Assembly: GCA_001782825.1 (NCBI GenBank)
Contig: MFPS01000009.1
Coordinates: 122,102 to 186,101 of the forward strand
Reading direction: 5' to 3'
DNA: 64,000 bases
DNA from: Candidatus Magasanikbacteria bacterium RIFCSPHIGHO2_01_FULL_33_34
Lineage (GTDB): Bacteria; Patescibacteriota; Patescibacteriia; Magasanikbacterales; UBA922
The position numbers and the translations under genes were made by a program. The notes beneath the pieces were generated by a model that was not told the origin of the DNA, made no database searches, and saw only the letters and a program-made list of their open reading frames with translations. Numbering within the stretch: position 1 is the first letter of the stretch; each line of letters starts with the position of its first letter. Shown here in pieces: positions 30,083-38,520 of this stretch.

Positions 30083-30976
30083 TTGTCAATAGTGTCGTAC
30101 AATATATTTATGAAATTATCCAAACTAATTGACAACTACCTTGATAATCTAGAAAAAAACAAAGGTAGAACAAAAAAAACTATAAAAAACTACCAATTTT
30201 ATTTATCTAGATTTGTAGATTTTTTTGGCAATAAAAAACCTGAAAAAATAAATACTGAGATAATCAAAAAATATAAAAAGTGGTTAGATAATCTCATAGA
30301 TGTACATGGAGAATCATTGAAAAAAAATACTCAAAATTATCATTTGATAGCCTTGAGAAATTTTCTAAAATATTTAAAACAAACAGACAGTCAAACATTT
30401 TCCTACCAAGATATAAAATTACAACCAAGTAAACTAAACAAACCTAGTGTTTTGAGTGAATCTGAAATTGAAAGTTTATTGAATTCTCCTCTACACGTTA
30501 AAAAAACAGGCAAAAATGATAATTTAATAAATCACAGAGATAAAGCCTTATTAGAATTATTATATTGCACTGGTTTATTGGTATCCGAAATATCAGATTT
30601 AAAAAAATCAGATATTGATCTAAATAAAAATGGATTCACACTAAAATCTAAAAATCATGCCCAAAAAACAGTCTCCTTATCACAACAAGCCAAATATTGG
30701 ATAAAACAATATCTAAACCTACGAAATGACTCCAACTCTTATTTATTCATATCTCATGACAAAAGGACTGGCAAAATAACTATAGATGGCATAACTCCAC
30801 GCACAGTCCAAAGAATAGTTAACAAATGTGCAAAGATTGCTGGGATAAATAAAAATATCACCCCTCACTCCCTAAGACATTCTTACACTCTTTCTATGAT
30901 AAAAAGTGGTGTAAACACCTCTCAAATAAAACAACTCTTGGGTATCAAAAATGATAATAGCAAAAGATATGCCTAA
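30083..30976 (+). CDS. Tyrosine-type site-specific recombinase/integrase (phage integrase/XerC-XerD family)
   Basis: 297 aa. Catalytic-domain signature RDKALLELLYCTGLLVSE (Arg I), HSLRHSYTLSMI (HxxR), and a C-terminal Tyr. Sits directly upstream of the tRNA-Arg/tRNA-His locus. Confidence 0.8.
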   Translation: MSIVSYNIFMKLSKLIDNYLDNLEKNKGRTKKTIKNYQFYLSRFVDFFGNKKPEKINTEIIKKYKKWLDNLIDVHGESLKKNTQNYHLIALRNFLKYLKQTDSQTFSYQDIKLQPSKLNKPSVLSESEIESLLNSPLHVKKTGKNDNLINHRDKALLELLYCTGLLVSEISDLKKSDIDLNKNGFTLKSKNHAQKTVSLSQQAKYWIKQYLNLRNDSNSYLFISHDKRTGKITIDGITPRTVQRIVNKCAKIAGINKNITPHSLRHSYTLSMIKSGVNTSQIKQLLGIKNDNSKRYA

Positions 30977-30989
30977 TCACTACAAAACA

Positions 30990-31018
30990 TTGACAAACGA
31001 CAAAAATGATGATACAAT
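30990..31018 (+). promoter_or_regulatory. Sigma70-type promoter upstream of the tRNA-Arg/tRNA-His locus
   Basis: TTGACA, 17 nt (AACGACAAAAATGATGA), TACAAT, then TTTGTGCATAA. Almost the same architecture as the tRNA-Ala promoter (TTGACA, 17 nt ending in GATGA, TACAAT, TGTTGCACATAA). Confidence 0.5.
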
Positions 31019-31127
31019 TTTGTGCATAATGCGCCCATAGTTTCAACCAGAGGCTGATCAGCCTTTGGCTGACAATGGATATTTCTACAAGATAGAATTA
31101 ATAAGATTGACAAAATTAACAAATAAT

Positions 31128-31199
31128 GCGCCCATAGTTCAATGGATAGAACACCAGCCTTCTAAGCTGGTTATGTAGGTTCGATTCCTGCTGGGCGTA
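31128..31199 (+). tRNA. tRNA-Arg (anticodon TCT)
   Basis: GCGCCCATAGTTCAATGGATAGAACACCAGCCTTCTAAGCTGGTTATGTAGGTTCGATTCCTGCTGGGCGTA. Cloverleaf with anticodon loop CTTCTAA and T-loop TTCGATT. Confidence 0.8.
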
Positions 31200-31215
31200 C
31201 AAAAGAATGCATCGG

Positions 31216-31291
31216 GGTGGCTATTGTATAATGGTTATTACTTCGGCTTGTGGAGCCGATAATACGGGTTCAATTCCCGTTAGCCACCCCA
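31216..31291 (+). tRNA. tRNA-His (anticodon GTG) with G-1 and encoded CCA
   Basis: G(-1)GTGGCTATTGTATAATGGTTATTACTTCGGCTTGTGGAGCCGATAATACGGGTTCAATTCCCGTTAGCCACC-CCA. Anticodon loop TTGTGGA. The extra 5' G pairs with discriminator C73, the hallmark of tRNA-His. Confidence 0.85.
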
Positions 31292-31413
31292 ATGTGTTTT
31301 TTTAATTGAAGAAAATTACTATTCCAGCATAGGCTCCTGGAAGCCGAAAGATATAGGTTGTTTCCCGTTAGCCACCCCAATGTGTTTTTTTATTTGTTCA
31401 AATTATTGTTAAT

Positions 31414-32559
31414 TTGCTATACTATAATAAAATTATAGCTTATTTATACTCTATGGAAAAAAGTAAAATTTTACTTATATCTGTTTCCACTGGTTCTGGT
31501 CATGTTAAAGCTGCTGAAGCATTAAAAAAAACTGCTAATATTTTATATCCAAAACTTGATATTGAACATATCAATATGATGGATTATGTAAGTTTGGCAA
31601 TGAAAAAAACCATTACTGAATTCTACGATATCATGGCAAAAAAAATTCCAGACTTATGGGGCTACTTTTATAAAAAAACCAATTCTGCAAAATTGGCACC
31701 TCACACAAATAAAATAGCCAGTCTTTTCAATCAATTAAATTCTGCTACTTTTTTCAAATTTGTTCTTGACTACAAACCAACTCACATACTTTGTACTCAT
31801 TTTATTCCATTATATGCTCTACTAGCTTTGCAGAATAAAAATGAATTAAATACTAAAATAAGTATTTTAATGACTGACTATTTTTCTCATGATTTGCAAA
31901 TTATAAAAAATGTTAATCATTATTTTGTCCCATCTAAAAAAACAAAATACCATCTAATTGAAAGTGGAATAAAAAATGAAAATATTACTATCAGTGGTAT
32001 ACCAATTGATCCAATATTTTATACAAAAAAAAATATAAGGGGGCTTTATAAAAAATATAAAAGTGATAAAAATAAAATAAATTTATTAATACTATCTGGT
32101 GGTCAAGGATTAGTGGATACCAGCCATATTATACAAATATTATCTAAATTAAACACACAATATAGGGTATTTGCTATAGCTGGAAAAAACGCAAACCTTC
32201 AAACTATATTAGAAAAAATAGAACCACCAAACAATGTTGAACTTCATACAATAGGTTGGACAGACAATATGGACGAATATATGAGAATTGCCGACTATAT
32301 AATTACCAAACCTGGCGGACTCACCACTACTGAATGTATTACGCTTGGTAAACCAATAATTGCAATCTCACCAATTCCTGGTCAAGAAGAATGCAATACT
32401 GAATACTTGCTTGAAAAAAATTATGGAGTTGTCGTTAGAACTCCATCAGATTTATTATATTACCTAGAAAACACCAATGAATGGACTCCTAAAATAAAAA
32501 AAATAACCTCACTGCCATCAACCAATGAGATTATATTAAAAAAACTATTAAATTTATAA
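31414..32559 (+). CDS. GT28-family diacylglycerol glycosyltransferase (MGDG synthase/UgtP/MurG-like)
   Basis: N-terminal ILLISVSTGSGHVKAAEAL and C-terminal ITKPGGLTTTECITLGKPII, typical of MGDG synthases and processive DAG glucosyltransferases. The likely true start is MEKSK at 31453. Confidence 0.75.
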   Translation: MLYYNKIIAYLYSMEKSKILLISVSTGSGHVKAAEALKKTANILYPKLDIEHINMMDYVSLAMKKTITEFYDIMAKKIPDLWGYFYKKTNSAKLAPHTNKIASLFNQLNSATFFKFVLDYKPTHILCTHFIPLYALLALQNKNELNTKISILMTDYFSHDLQIIKNVNHYFVPSKKTKYHLIESGIKNENITISGIPIDPIFYTKKNIRGLYKKYKSDKNKINLLILSGGQGLVDTSHIIQILSKLNTQYRVFAIAGKNANLQTILEKIEPPNNVELHTIGWTDNMDEYMRIADYIITKPGGLTTTECITLGKPIIAISPIPGQEECNTEYLLEKNYGVVVRTPSDLLYYLENTNEWTPKIKKITSLPSTNEIILKKLLNL

Positions 32560-32560
32560 T

Positions 32561-33058
32561 CTAAAGTCCACGAGAACAGCTACTAACAGTCCCTCCAGAT
32601 GCTATACAAGCATCATACTCACTCGTTCCAATATCATAATCAAAATAAGCTGGTGGCTTATCCTGCGTAGCATTAAGTGCTACACTAGAAACTAAAGCCA
32701 AAATTGAATAAGCACTCATAATTACAAAAATACCGATTATACCCGTACGCAAAGTGCTCTTGCCTTTTTTTACTTTTTCCTCATCCCCTGCCGAAGACAT
32801 TATCAAATATCCAGCATAAACAGAATACGCAAAAAACATTATACCAATCATCCCTAACAAAAATTTTACCAACTGAGCCACGACAATCCTTGGATCAGTT
32901 GGAATAGTATCTCCTGCGCCAGACTTATTTGCAAAAGTTTTTAATTGTTGAGTAAAATCCTGAGCATTAACTTTTGCAAAATCAACAAAACTGTAGCCTA
33001 AAAATAAAATAGTTATCAATATATATAATGTTAAAAAATTTTTTTTATGTTTTTTCAT
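32561..33058 (-). CDS. VirB2/TrbC-like (T4SS-pilin-like) small secreted protein, paralog 1
   Basis: 165 aa. Signal peptide then the two-helix module ...VYAGYLIMSSAGDEEKVKKGKSTLRTGIIGIFVIMSAYSIL, followed by a short Cys-containing tail. Confidence 0.65.
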   Translation of the reverse strand: MKKHKKNFLTLYILITILFLGYSFVDFAKVNAQDFTQQLKTFANKSGAGDTIPTDPRIVVAQLVKFLLGMIGIMFFAYSVYAGYLIMSSAGDEEKVKKGKSTLRTGIIGIFVIMSAYSILALVSSVALNATQDKPPAYFDYDIGTSEYDACIASGGTVSSCSRGL

Positions 33059-33064
33059 ATAAAA

Positions 33065-33526
33065 TTATCCAGCAAAATCATCCCAACAACTTTCATCTTC
33101 CAGACAATCAAAGCGATCAGAACTTTGAGGTTCTTGAACAGCTTTCTGTAAACCTGAAGCAACAAAACTAGTGATTGCATAGGACAAAACTACTATAAAC
33201 AGTCCTATTACTGCACCACGCATTGTAGCTGATGCTTTTTCAATCTTTTCTGATCTACCACGAGCAATTATAAACCAATATGATGCCATCGCAATCAATA
33301 TAATAAAAATTGAGCCAATAAACCCTAAAAATATCTTTATAACTGAAGCTATGGTAACTTGAGGTGCGACCGCATCAGTATAACCTGCACTAGTCTTGCC
33401 AGCATTCAATTGGCCAAGTACTTTATCATTTAAACTTCCAGCTTGAACAACATTTGTAAATAATAAAGTACTTACAAATAAAATGACTATACTAAATATA
33501 AATTTATATACACTTTTTTGTTGCAT
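33065..33526 (-). CDS. VirB2/TrbC-like small secreted protein, paralog 2
   Basis: Start moved to MQQKSVYKF (ATG at 33526) to remove the overlap. Module ASYWFIIARGRSEKIEKASATMRGAVIGLFIVVLSYAIT, with a Cys-containing acidic tail. Confidence 0.6.
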   Translation of the reverse strand: MQQKSVYKFIFSIVILFVSTLLFTNVVQAGSLNDKVLGQLNAGKTSAGYTDAVAPQVTIASVIKIFLGFIGSIFIILIAMASYWFIIARGRSEKIEKASATMRGAVIGLFIVVLSYAITSFVASGLQKAVQEPQSSDRFDCLEDESCWDDFAG

Positions 33527-33530
33527 AATA

Positions 33531-33947
33531 TTAAAGCGATTCCTCAGATGGCGCAGTTTCAAGCAAAATCCTTGGAACAATAAAGAATGTAATACTGTAT
33601 GCACTAACAGCAATCACCAAACCAATCACTGAAGCGCGAATTATATTTTTTGCTTTATCAACTTGCGCTTCTTCACCACGGGCAGTCATCCAAAGAAAAC
33701 CAGCATAAACTGTCAAACTCATAAATATGATACCAGAAAATGACATCAATATTTTTACAACCGTACCCAATGTAGCTGCAAAAGTTGTTTCACTAGTATT
33801 TTCATCATATTGAGCAGCTTTGGCAGCATCACGTAAAAGTGAATTTGAATTAGATGAAGTTCCAAAACCAATATTTGGTTGAGCAAAAATAACTGTCGGT
33901 ACAAAAATTAAACTTAATAAAGTTATAAAAAATAATATTTTTTTCAT
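33531..33947 (-). CDS. VirB2/TrbC-like small secreted protein, paralog 3
   Basis: 138 aa. Signal peptide VIFAQ. Module VYAGFLWMTARGEEAQVDKAKNIIRASVIGLVIAVSAYSIT. Confidence 0.65.
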   Translation of the reverse strand: MKKILFFITLLSLIFVPTVIFAQPNIGFGTSSNSNSLLRDAAKAAQYDENTSETTFAATLGTVVKILMSFSGIIFMSLTVYAGFLWMTARGEEAQVDKAKNIIRASVIGLVIAVSAYSITFFIVPRILLETAPSEESL

Positions 33948-33956
33948 AAATATATG

Positions 33957-34340
33957 TTATTTATTTAAAGCCCCAGCTACCAGGAAAGTAATAGCATAAG
34001 CCGACAATACAAGCACAAGTCCAATAACAGTTCCTTTTATAATTGATTTTGCTTTGTTAACTTGATCTTCTTCACCCCTAGCTGTCATCCACAAAAATCC
34101 AGCATATACCATAAGCAACAAAAACATAAGACCAACCATAGACAATGCTACATTTATAACTCGTCCACTAATAGTCCCCAAACTATCAGATGCTTCAAAT
34201 CCAGCTTGACCACGAACAGTTTCCAAAGGACTATTTGTACCACCAAAAGCATTCTTAAGACCTTGGGCAGAAACAATTTGTGGTAAAACTACACTACTCA
34301 ATAAAACTATTATTATAATTATTTTTTTTATTGAAAACAT
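33957..34340 (-). CDS. VirB2/TrbC-like small secreted protein, paralog 4
   Basis: 127 aa. Signal peptide IVSAQ. Module VYAGFLWMTARGEEDQVNKAKSIIKGTVIGLVLVLSAYAIT. Confidence 0.65.
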   Translation of the reverse strand: MFSIKKIIIIIVLLSSVVLPQIVSAQGLKNAFGGTNSPLETVRGQAGFEASDSLGTISGRVINVALSMVGLMFLLLMVYAGFLWMTARGEEDQVNKAKSIIKGTVIGLVLVLSAYAITFLVAGALNK

Positions 34341-34348
34341 ATATATAA

Positions 34349-34717
34349 TTAATTTTCTAAAACGCCACCCAATAAAACTGTGATTGCATAAGATGCCAGC
34401 ACTACAATCAAACCTATTATAGCAGCAATTACAGTATTTTTTGCTTTCTTAATTTTATCCTCACTACCACTTGCCATCATCCAACTAAAACCTCCATAAA
34501 AAACCAAAATAAAAAATAATAAACCAACCGCAGTCAAACTTCCTTTTATCATACTACCAAATGTTCCACTAACACTCTCATTGGTAATACCTGCTTTCCC
34601 GGCTACTTTACCTAAATTACCACTAGCACTATTCAATGTGTATGCTGTTGCAAAATCTGCTTGAAAAAAAGAACACAAAATTATGATAAAACAAATATTT
34701 CTTAAAAATTTCTTCAT
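34349..34717 (-). CDS. VirB2/TrbC-like small secreted protein, paralog 5
   Basis: 122 aa. Module FYGGFSWMMASGSEDKIKKAKNTVIAAIIGLIVVLASYAIT. Confidence 0.65.
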   Translation of the reverse strand: MKKFLRNICFIIILCSFFQADFATAYTLNSASGNLGKVAGKAGITNESVSGTFGSMIKGSLTAVGLLFFILVFYGGFSWMMASGSEDKIKKAKNTVIAAIIGLIVVLASYAITVLLGGVLEN

Positions 34718-34733
34718 AAAAATTTACTAGCTA

Positions 34734-35228
34734 CTACGGACAAGCGCAAAACAAACCTCCAGAATTATTATCAACACAAGCTCTACCACCACATTCTGCT
34801 GATGAAGCTGATACTGTAGTACAAGGCTCAGTTGTTACACAACTACTATTTTGTGGTGTAGGCTCAGTAGTAGGTTCTCCACTAATAGCTCTAAATACAA
34901 AAGTAGTTATCGCATACGAGGCTACCACAATAATCAAACCAATCACAGCGGCCTTGATAGTACCCAATGCTTTATCAGTTTGCTGTTCATTACCACGAGC
35001 TATCATCCAAATAACACCACCATATATCATCAATAACAAAAATAATACACCAACCATAGTTAAGGCTGCCCCGACAACACTCCCAATAATATCTACTGGT
35101 GAGCTACCAGATACCGCCCCTTTCAAGCCTGAAACATCGGCAGTTTTGTCTAAACCATAATTTGCATAAACAGTTCCAGTACCAAATAAAGAAACAATGA
35201 TTGATAAAGTGATAATTATTTTTTTCAT
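34734..35228 (-). CDS. VirB2/TrbC-like small secreted protein, paralog 6, with Cys-rich C-terminal tail
   Basis: 164 aa. Module IYGGVIWMIARGNEQQTDKALGTIKAAVIGLIIVVASYAIT, then a tail with 6 Cys. Confidence 0.65.
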   Translation of the reverse strand: MKKIIITLSIIVSLFGTGTVYANYGLDKTADVSGLKGAVSGSSPVDIIGSVVGAALTMVGVLFLLLMIYGGVIWMIARGNEQQTDKALGTIKAAVIGLIIVVASYAITTFVFRAISGEPTTEPTPQNSSCVTTEPCTTVSASSAECGGRACVDNNSGGLFCACP

Positions 35229-35236
35229 AAATTTTA

Positions 35237-35857
35237 TTACTTAGGGATACAACAGACATTATCTGTCCCACCAGTACAATAACCAACCAAGGCTGTACCA
35301 GATACACAATCTGATGGATTACTACATTCAAATCTATCTCCACACTGGCTCGTACATAAACTATCATCATTTGAAATACACACATTTGCAGTTGGACTAC
35401 AAGATACAAGACTTGTACCAAAATCACATGGCTCAGTATCACTACAAGCAACCACCGTCAAACCATCTAGTCTATTTACACACTGTACAGAAGCACCAAT
35501 AGAACGAAAGATTAATCCTACAATCACATAAGAACCTAATACAATCACCAAACCAATTACTGCTGAAACGATTGTTTTGGTAGCTTTATCTGTTTGTTGT
35601 TCATTTCCTCTAGCCGTCATCCATATTATACCACCATATATAGTCAAAAGAAAGAATATAACACTTACAAAAGCAAGCGCTCCACCTATTACTTTTCCAA
35701 TCACTTCACTAGGAGTTCCAACATTCATTGATTTTGCAGAAGCTACCGACTTCAATCCATACTCACTATTTGATTGCGCATATATTGAATCTACAGATAC
35801 CAAAAAAAATCCGATGGCTGAAAAAAAAATAATTATCAAAATAATTAATTTTTTCAT
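35237..35857 (-). CDS. VirB2/TrbC-like small secreted protein, paralog 7, with long Cys-rich C-terminal extension
   Basis: 206 aa. Module IYGGIIWMTARGNEQQTDKATKTIVSAVIGLVIVLGSYVIV, then a roughly 90-aa Cys-rich domain. Confidence 0.65.
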   Translation of the reverse strand: MKKLIILIIIFFSAIGFFLVSVDSIYAQSNSEYGLKSVASAKSMNVGTPSEVIGKVIGGALAFVSVIFFLLTIYGGIIWMTARGNEQQTDKATKTIVSAVIGLVIVLGSYVIVGLIFRSIGASVQCVNRLDGLTVVACSDTEPCDFGTSLVSCSPTANVCISNDDSLCTSQCGDRFECSNPSDCVSGTALVGYCTGGTDNVCCIPK

Positions 35858-35858
35858 A

Positions 35859-36254
35859 TTAAAAATAATAAAAAAAGCCTCTGTGCGTCGCTTGAAATAA
35901 ACTCTTCAAAACAAAGCTAGTAATTGCATACGAACTCATTATTATTGCCAATCCGATAGAAGCTCCCCAAATAATTTTTTTGGCTTTATTTACTTTTTCA
36001 TCATTTCCCATAGATGTCATCCATAAAAAGCCAGCATACAACATCAAAACCATTGTTCCAATTCCAAGAAACCCTAAAACAGTCTGAATTATAGAACCAA
36101 TACTATATCTAATATCCCTATTTTCAAGTCCAGAATACCGAGCATAATTAACACCCAATAAATCATCTTCTGTAGCTACAACTGGACTAATAACAAAAAA
36201 TCCTAGTGATATAAAAAATAATAGGGAAAAAATAATGTATCTTTTTTTTTGCAT
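35859..36254 (-). CDS. VirB2/TrbC-like small secreted protein, paralog 8
   Basis: Start at MQKKRYII (36254). Module LYAGFLWMTSMGNDEKVNKAKKIIWGASIGLAIIMSSYAIT. Confidence 0.6.
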   Translation of the reverse strand: MQKKRYIIFSLLFFISLGFFVISPVVATEDDLLGVNYARYSGLENRDIRYSIGSIIQTVLGFLGIGTMVLMLYAGFLWMTSMGNDEKVNKAKKIIWGASIGLAIIMSSYAITSFVLKSLFQATHRGFFYYF

Positions 36255-36295
36255 ATAAAATATTTGTTTATACAAACAAATGTTTGCATATATAA

Positions 36296-36356
36296 ACAAA
36301 TAGGGCAGGGCTCCTAAAGCAAGGTTTTTCCCTTACATCAGGGGCCCTGCCCTTTA
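36296..36356 (-). terminator. GC-rich hairpin terminator after pilin-like paralog 9
   Basis: On the coding strand: GGGCAGGGCCCC...GGAGCCCTGCCC followed by a T-rich run. A strongly GC-rich stem in an AT-rich background. Confidence 0.6.
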
Positions 36357-36368
36357 ATAATTTGTTTC

Positions 36369-36764
36369 TTATGTTCCGTATCCAGTTGCTGTTCCAAGTT
36401 GTACAAGTACAAAACTTGAAATTGCGTAAGCACTCAAGATAACTGCAAGACCTACAACACCAGCGATGATGATTTTTCTAGCTTCACCAACTCCTTCATC
36501 GTTACCACCAGCTGTCATCCATTTAAAACCACCGTAAAGTACTATTACTAAAGCGATTATACCTAAAAGGCTGAGAGCTACATTGATAATAGAAGCAATT
36601 GTTGTTCTTAAATCTTGATTTCCAAGACGACTAACAGTACCGTAAGTCAAACCAAAATCAGCTTCAATAGAACCAGCTAATGCAGCTGGGGCCAAAGCCA
36701 AACTAAATACCATTGCAGCTAAAACTGAAAGTCCTACCTTGTATTTTAGAATTTTCGATAACAT
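36369..36764 (-). CDS. VirB2/TrbC-like small secreted protein, paralog 9 (candidate major subunit)
   Basis: 131 aa. Module LYGGFKWMTAGGNDEGVGEARKIIIAGVVGLAVILSAYAIS. The only gene here with a strong SD (GGAGGTGA, 7 nt before the ATG), plus a strong terminator. Confidence 0.7.
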   Translation of the reverse strand: MLSKILKYKVGLSVLAAMVFSLALAPAALAGSIEADFGLTYGTVSRLGNQDLRTTIASIINVALSLLGIIALVIVLYGGFKWMTAGGNDEGVGEARKIIIAGVVGLAVILSAYAISSFVLVQLGTATGYGT

Positions 36765-36891
36765 ATTCTCACCTCCCTTCCTATTATAGATTCATTTTTC
36801 ATAGTTAAATTATACTACAAATACTTTAATTAAACAACATTAGTGTGGATAATAATTTAACTATACAATCCTACTTAAAAAATTTTATTTT

Positions 36892-37281
36892 TTATGTGCC
36901 ATAACCAGTTGCGCTACCCAGACTAGTCAATACAAAACTAGAAATTGCATAAGCACTCAAAACTATTGCCAATCCAACTACACCAGCTATAATCGCTTTT
37001 CTACCTTGACCCGCTTGTTCATCATTACCACCAGACACCATCATCTGAAAACCACCATATAATACACCCACTAATGCCAATATACCTAAAAGTCCCAAAA
37101 TAACATTAATAATTGAAGCAATCGTTGAACGCACATCTTGATTCCCCAGACGACTAACAGTACCATAAGTCAAACCAAAATCTTCTTCAATAGAACCAGC
37201 TAACACAGTTGGTGTTAAAACTAAACTAAATATTACCAAAATTAAAGTCGCAAATATATTTAATTTTATTTTTTTATTCAT
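36892..37281 (-). CDS. VirB2/TrbC-like small secreted protein, paralog 10 (near-duplicate of paralog 9)
   Basis: 129 aa. Near-identical to paralog 9 over most of its length (AGSIEEDFGLTYGTVSRLGNQDVRSTIASIINV...). No SD. Confidence 0.65.
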   Translation of the reverse strand: MNKKIKLNIFATLILVIFSLVLTPTVLAGSIEEDFGLTYGTVSRLGNQDVRSTIASIINVILGLLGILALVGVLYGGFQMMVSGGNDEQAGQGRKAIIAGVVGLAIVLSAYAISSFVLTSLGSATGYGT

Positions 37282-37298
37282 AACATTTTTAATAAAAA

Positions 37299-37685
37299 TT
37301 ATTTGGCTATGACCCCAATTAATGCGCTTAAAATTGCATACGAAGAAAATATCACAAGAATACCTATGGTTGCATAAAGCATTGTCTTGGTACCTTTATC
37401 AACTCTCTGTTCATTTCCTGCAGAAGTGAGCCATAAAAATCCACCAATAACAAAAACTATCAACGTTACTGATCCCAAAATTCCTAAACTAGTATCTATT
37501 ATTTTCTTTATCAAAGGATTAATAACCGTACCATCTTCACCGGTAACCATCTCTCCCAAAGGATTTTGTAATCTTGATACACCACTACTATCTTCTTGGG
37601 CATTAACAGATACTGAACCATACACACCCAAAAACATAAAAGAAAAAATCATATAGCCTATTATATATTTTTTGAATATTTTCAT
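37299..37685 (-). CDS. VirB2/TrbC-like small secreted protein, paralog 11
   Basis: Start at MKIFKKYII (37685). Module VIGGFLWLTSAGNEQRVDKGTKTMLYATIGILVIFSSYAIL. Confidence 0.6.
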   Translation of the reverse strand: MKIFKKYIIGYMIFSFMFLGVYGSVSVNAQEDSSGVSRLQNPLGEMVTGEDGTVINPLIKKIIDTSLGILGSVTLIVFVIGGFLWLTSAGNEQRVDKGTKTMLYATIGILVIFSSYAILSALIGVIAK

Positions 37686-37692
37686 AAAAAAT

Positions 37693-38514
37693 TTATTTAA
37701 ATACATTTAATCTATCTGATACACCAAGCACATCAAGCAAAAAACCAACTATAAAATAACCAGCAAAGACTATTACCATACCAATCACTGACGCCACCAA
37801 AACATTTTGTCCTTGTTTGAAACGCTCTGCATTACCAAATGACAATACCATTAAACCACCACCAAAAACAAAGAAAGCAAAAACAATTGCGCCTATATAT
37901 TTGAATATACTACCAGCTGCATTTGAAACAATGACCACTATATCATTTGGGCTATTACAAGTACCCAATTTTGCGCATTTTGGCAATGTTCCTAATATGC
38001 CAGCTTTAAAATCATAATCATATACATTATCCAAATATTGCAAGGCTTCACTATAACAAGTCTCAGCATCTTCATTCCATTTACAAACATCACTTACAAT
38101 ACAATCTGTCTTTTTTTGCATATATGAACAATCCGAATTGGAAAATCTAGATAAACAACTACCATCTGTTGTAAAAAAACAACCAGATCTACGTATACAA
38201 AGATTTTTAGGCAAATCATTGCAGGTAACACAGTAATTTTCTGTACAAGATACACCCACTTCAACTCTATAAAAAGACTGGTCAACATACTTTATCAATG
38301 TATCACAAGGCAATACCTCCATATCATCGCGTCTACAACCAACTGGTTTCAAACTACTCTGGCTCGGTTCTGTACCTTCTGATATTAAACAGCAACCTAT
38401 AGATTCAGCTTTTAATTCTTGAGGACTAAATATAATTGCAACAAAAAAAACCAAAAACACAAAGCTAAATTTTTGTATTTTATGAATAAATTTTTTTTTA
38501 TTGATAAATAACAT
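37693..38514 (-). CDS. Cys-rich ectodomain protein with C-terminal VirB2-like two-helix anchor (subfamily A)
   Basis: 273 aa. Signal peptide, then a roughly 170-aa domain with about 20 Cys, then IGAIVFAFFVFGGGLMVLSFGNAERFKQGQNVLVASVIGMVIVFAGYFIV. Confidence 0.6.
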   Translation of the reverse strand: MLFINKKKFIHKIQKFSFVFLVFFVAIIFSPQELKAESIGCCLISEGTEPSQSSLKPVGCRRDDMEVLPCDTLIKYVDQSFYRVEVGVSCTENYCVTCNDLPKNLCIRRSGCFFTTDGSCLSRFSNSDCSYMQKKTDCIVSDVCKWNEDAETCYSEALQYLDNVYDYDFKAGILGTLPKCAKLGTCNSPNDIVVIVSNAAGSIFKYIGAIVFAFFVFGGGLMVLSFGNAERFKQGQNVLVASVIGMVIVFAGYFIVGFLLDVLGVSDRLNVFK

Positions 38515-38520
38515 TTTATA

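Noticed and set aside
31024-31394. Interpreting the 100-nt-spaced partial tRNA copies as the two ends of a complete tiny mobile element
   Set aside because: The intervening 60-90 nt has no coding capacity or terminal repeats. It is more likely a remnant or scar than an intact element.
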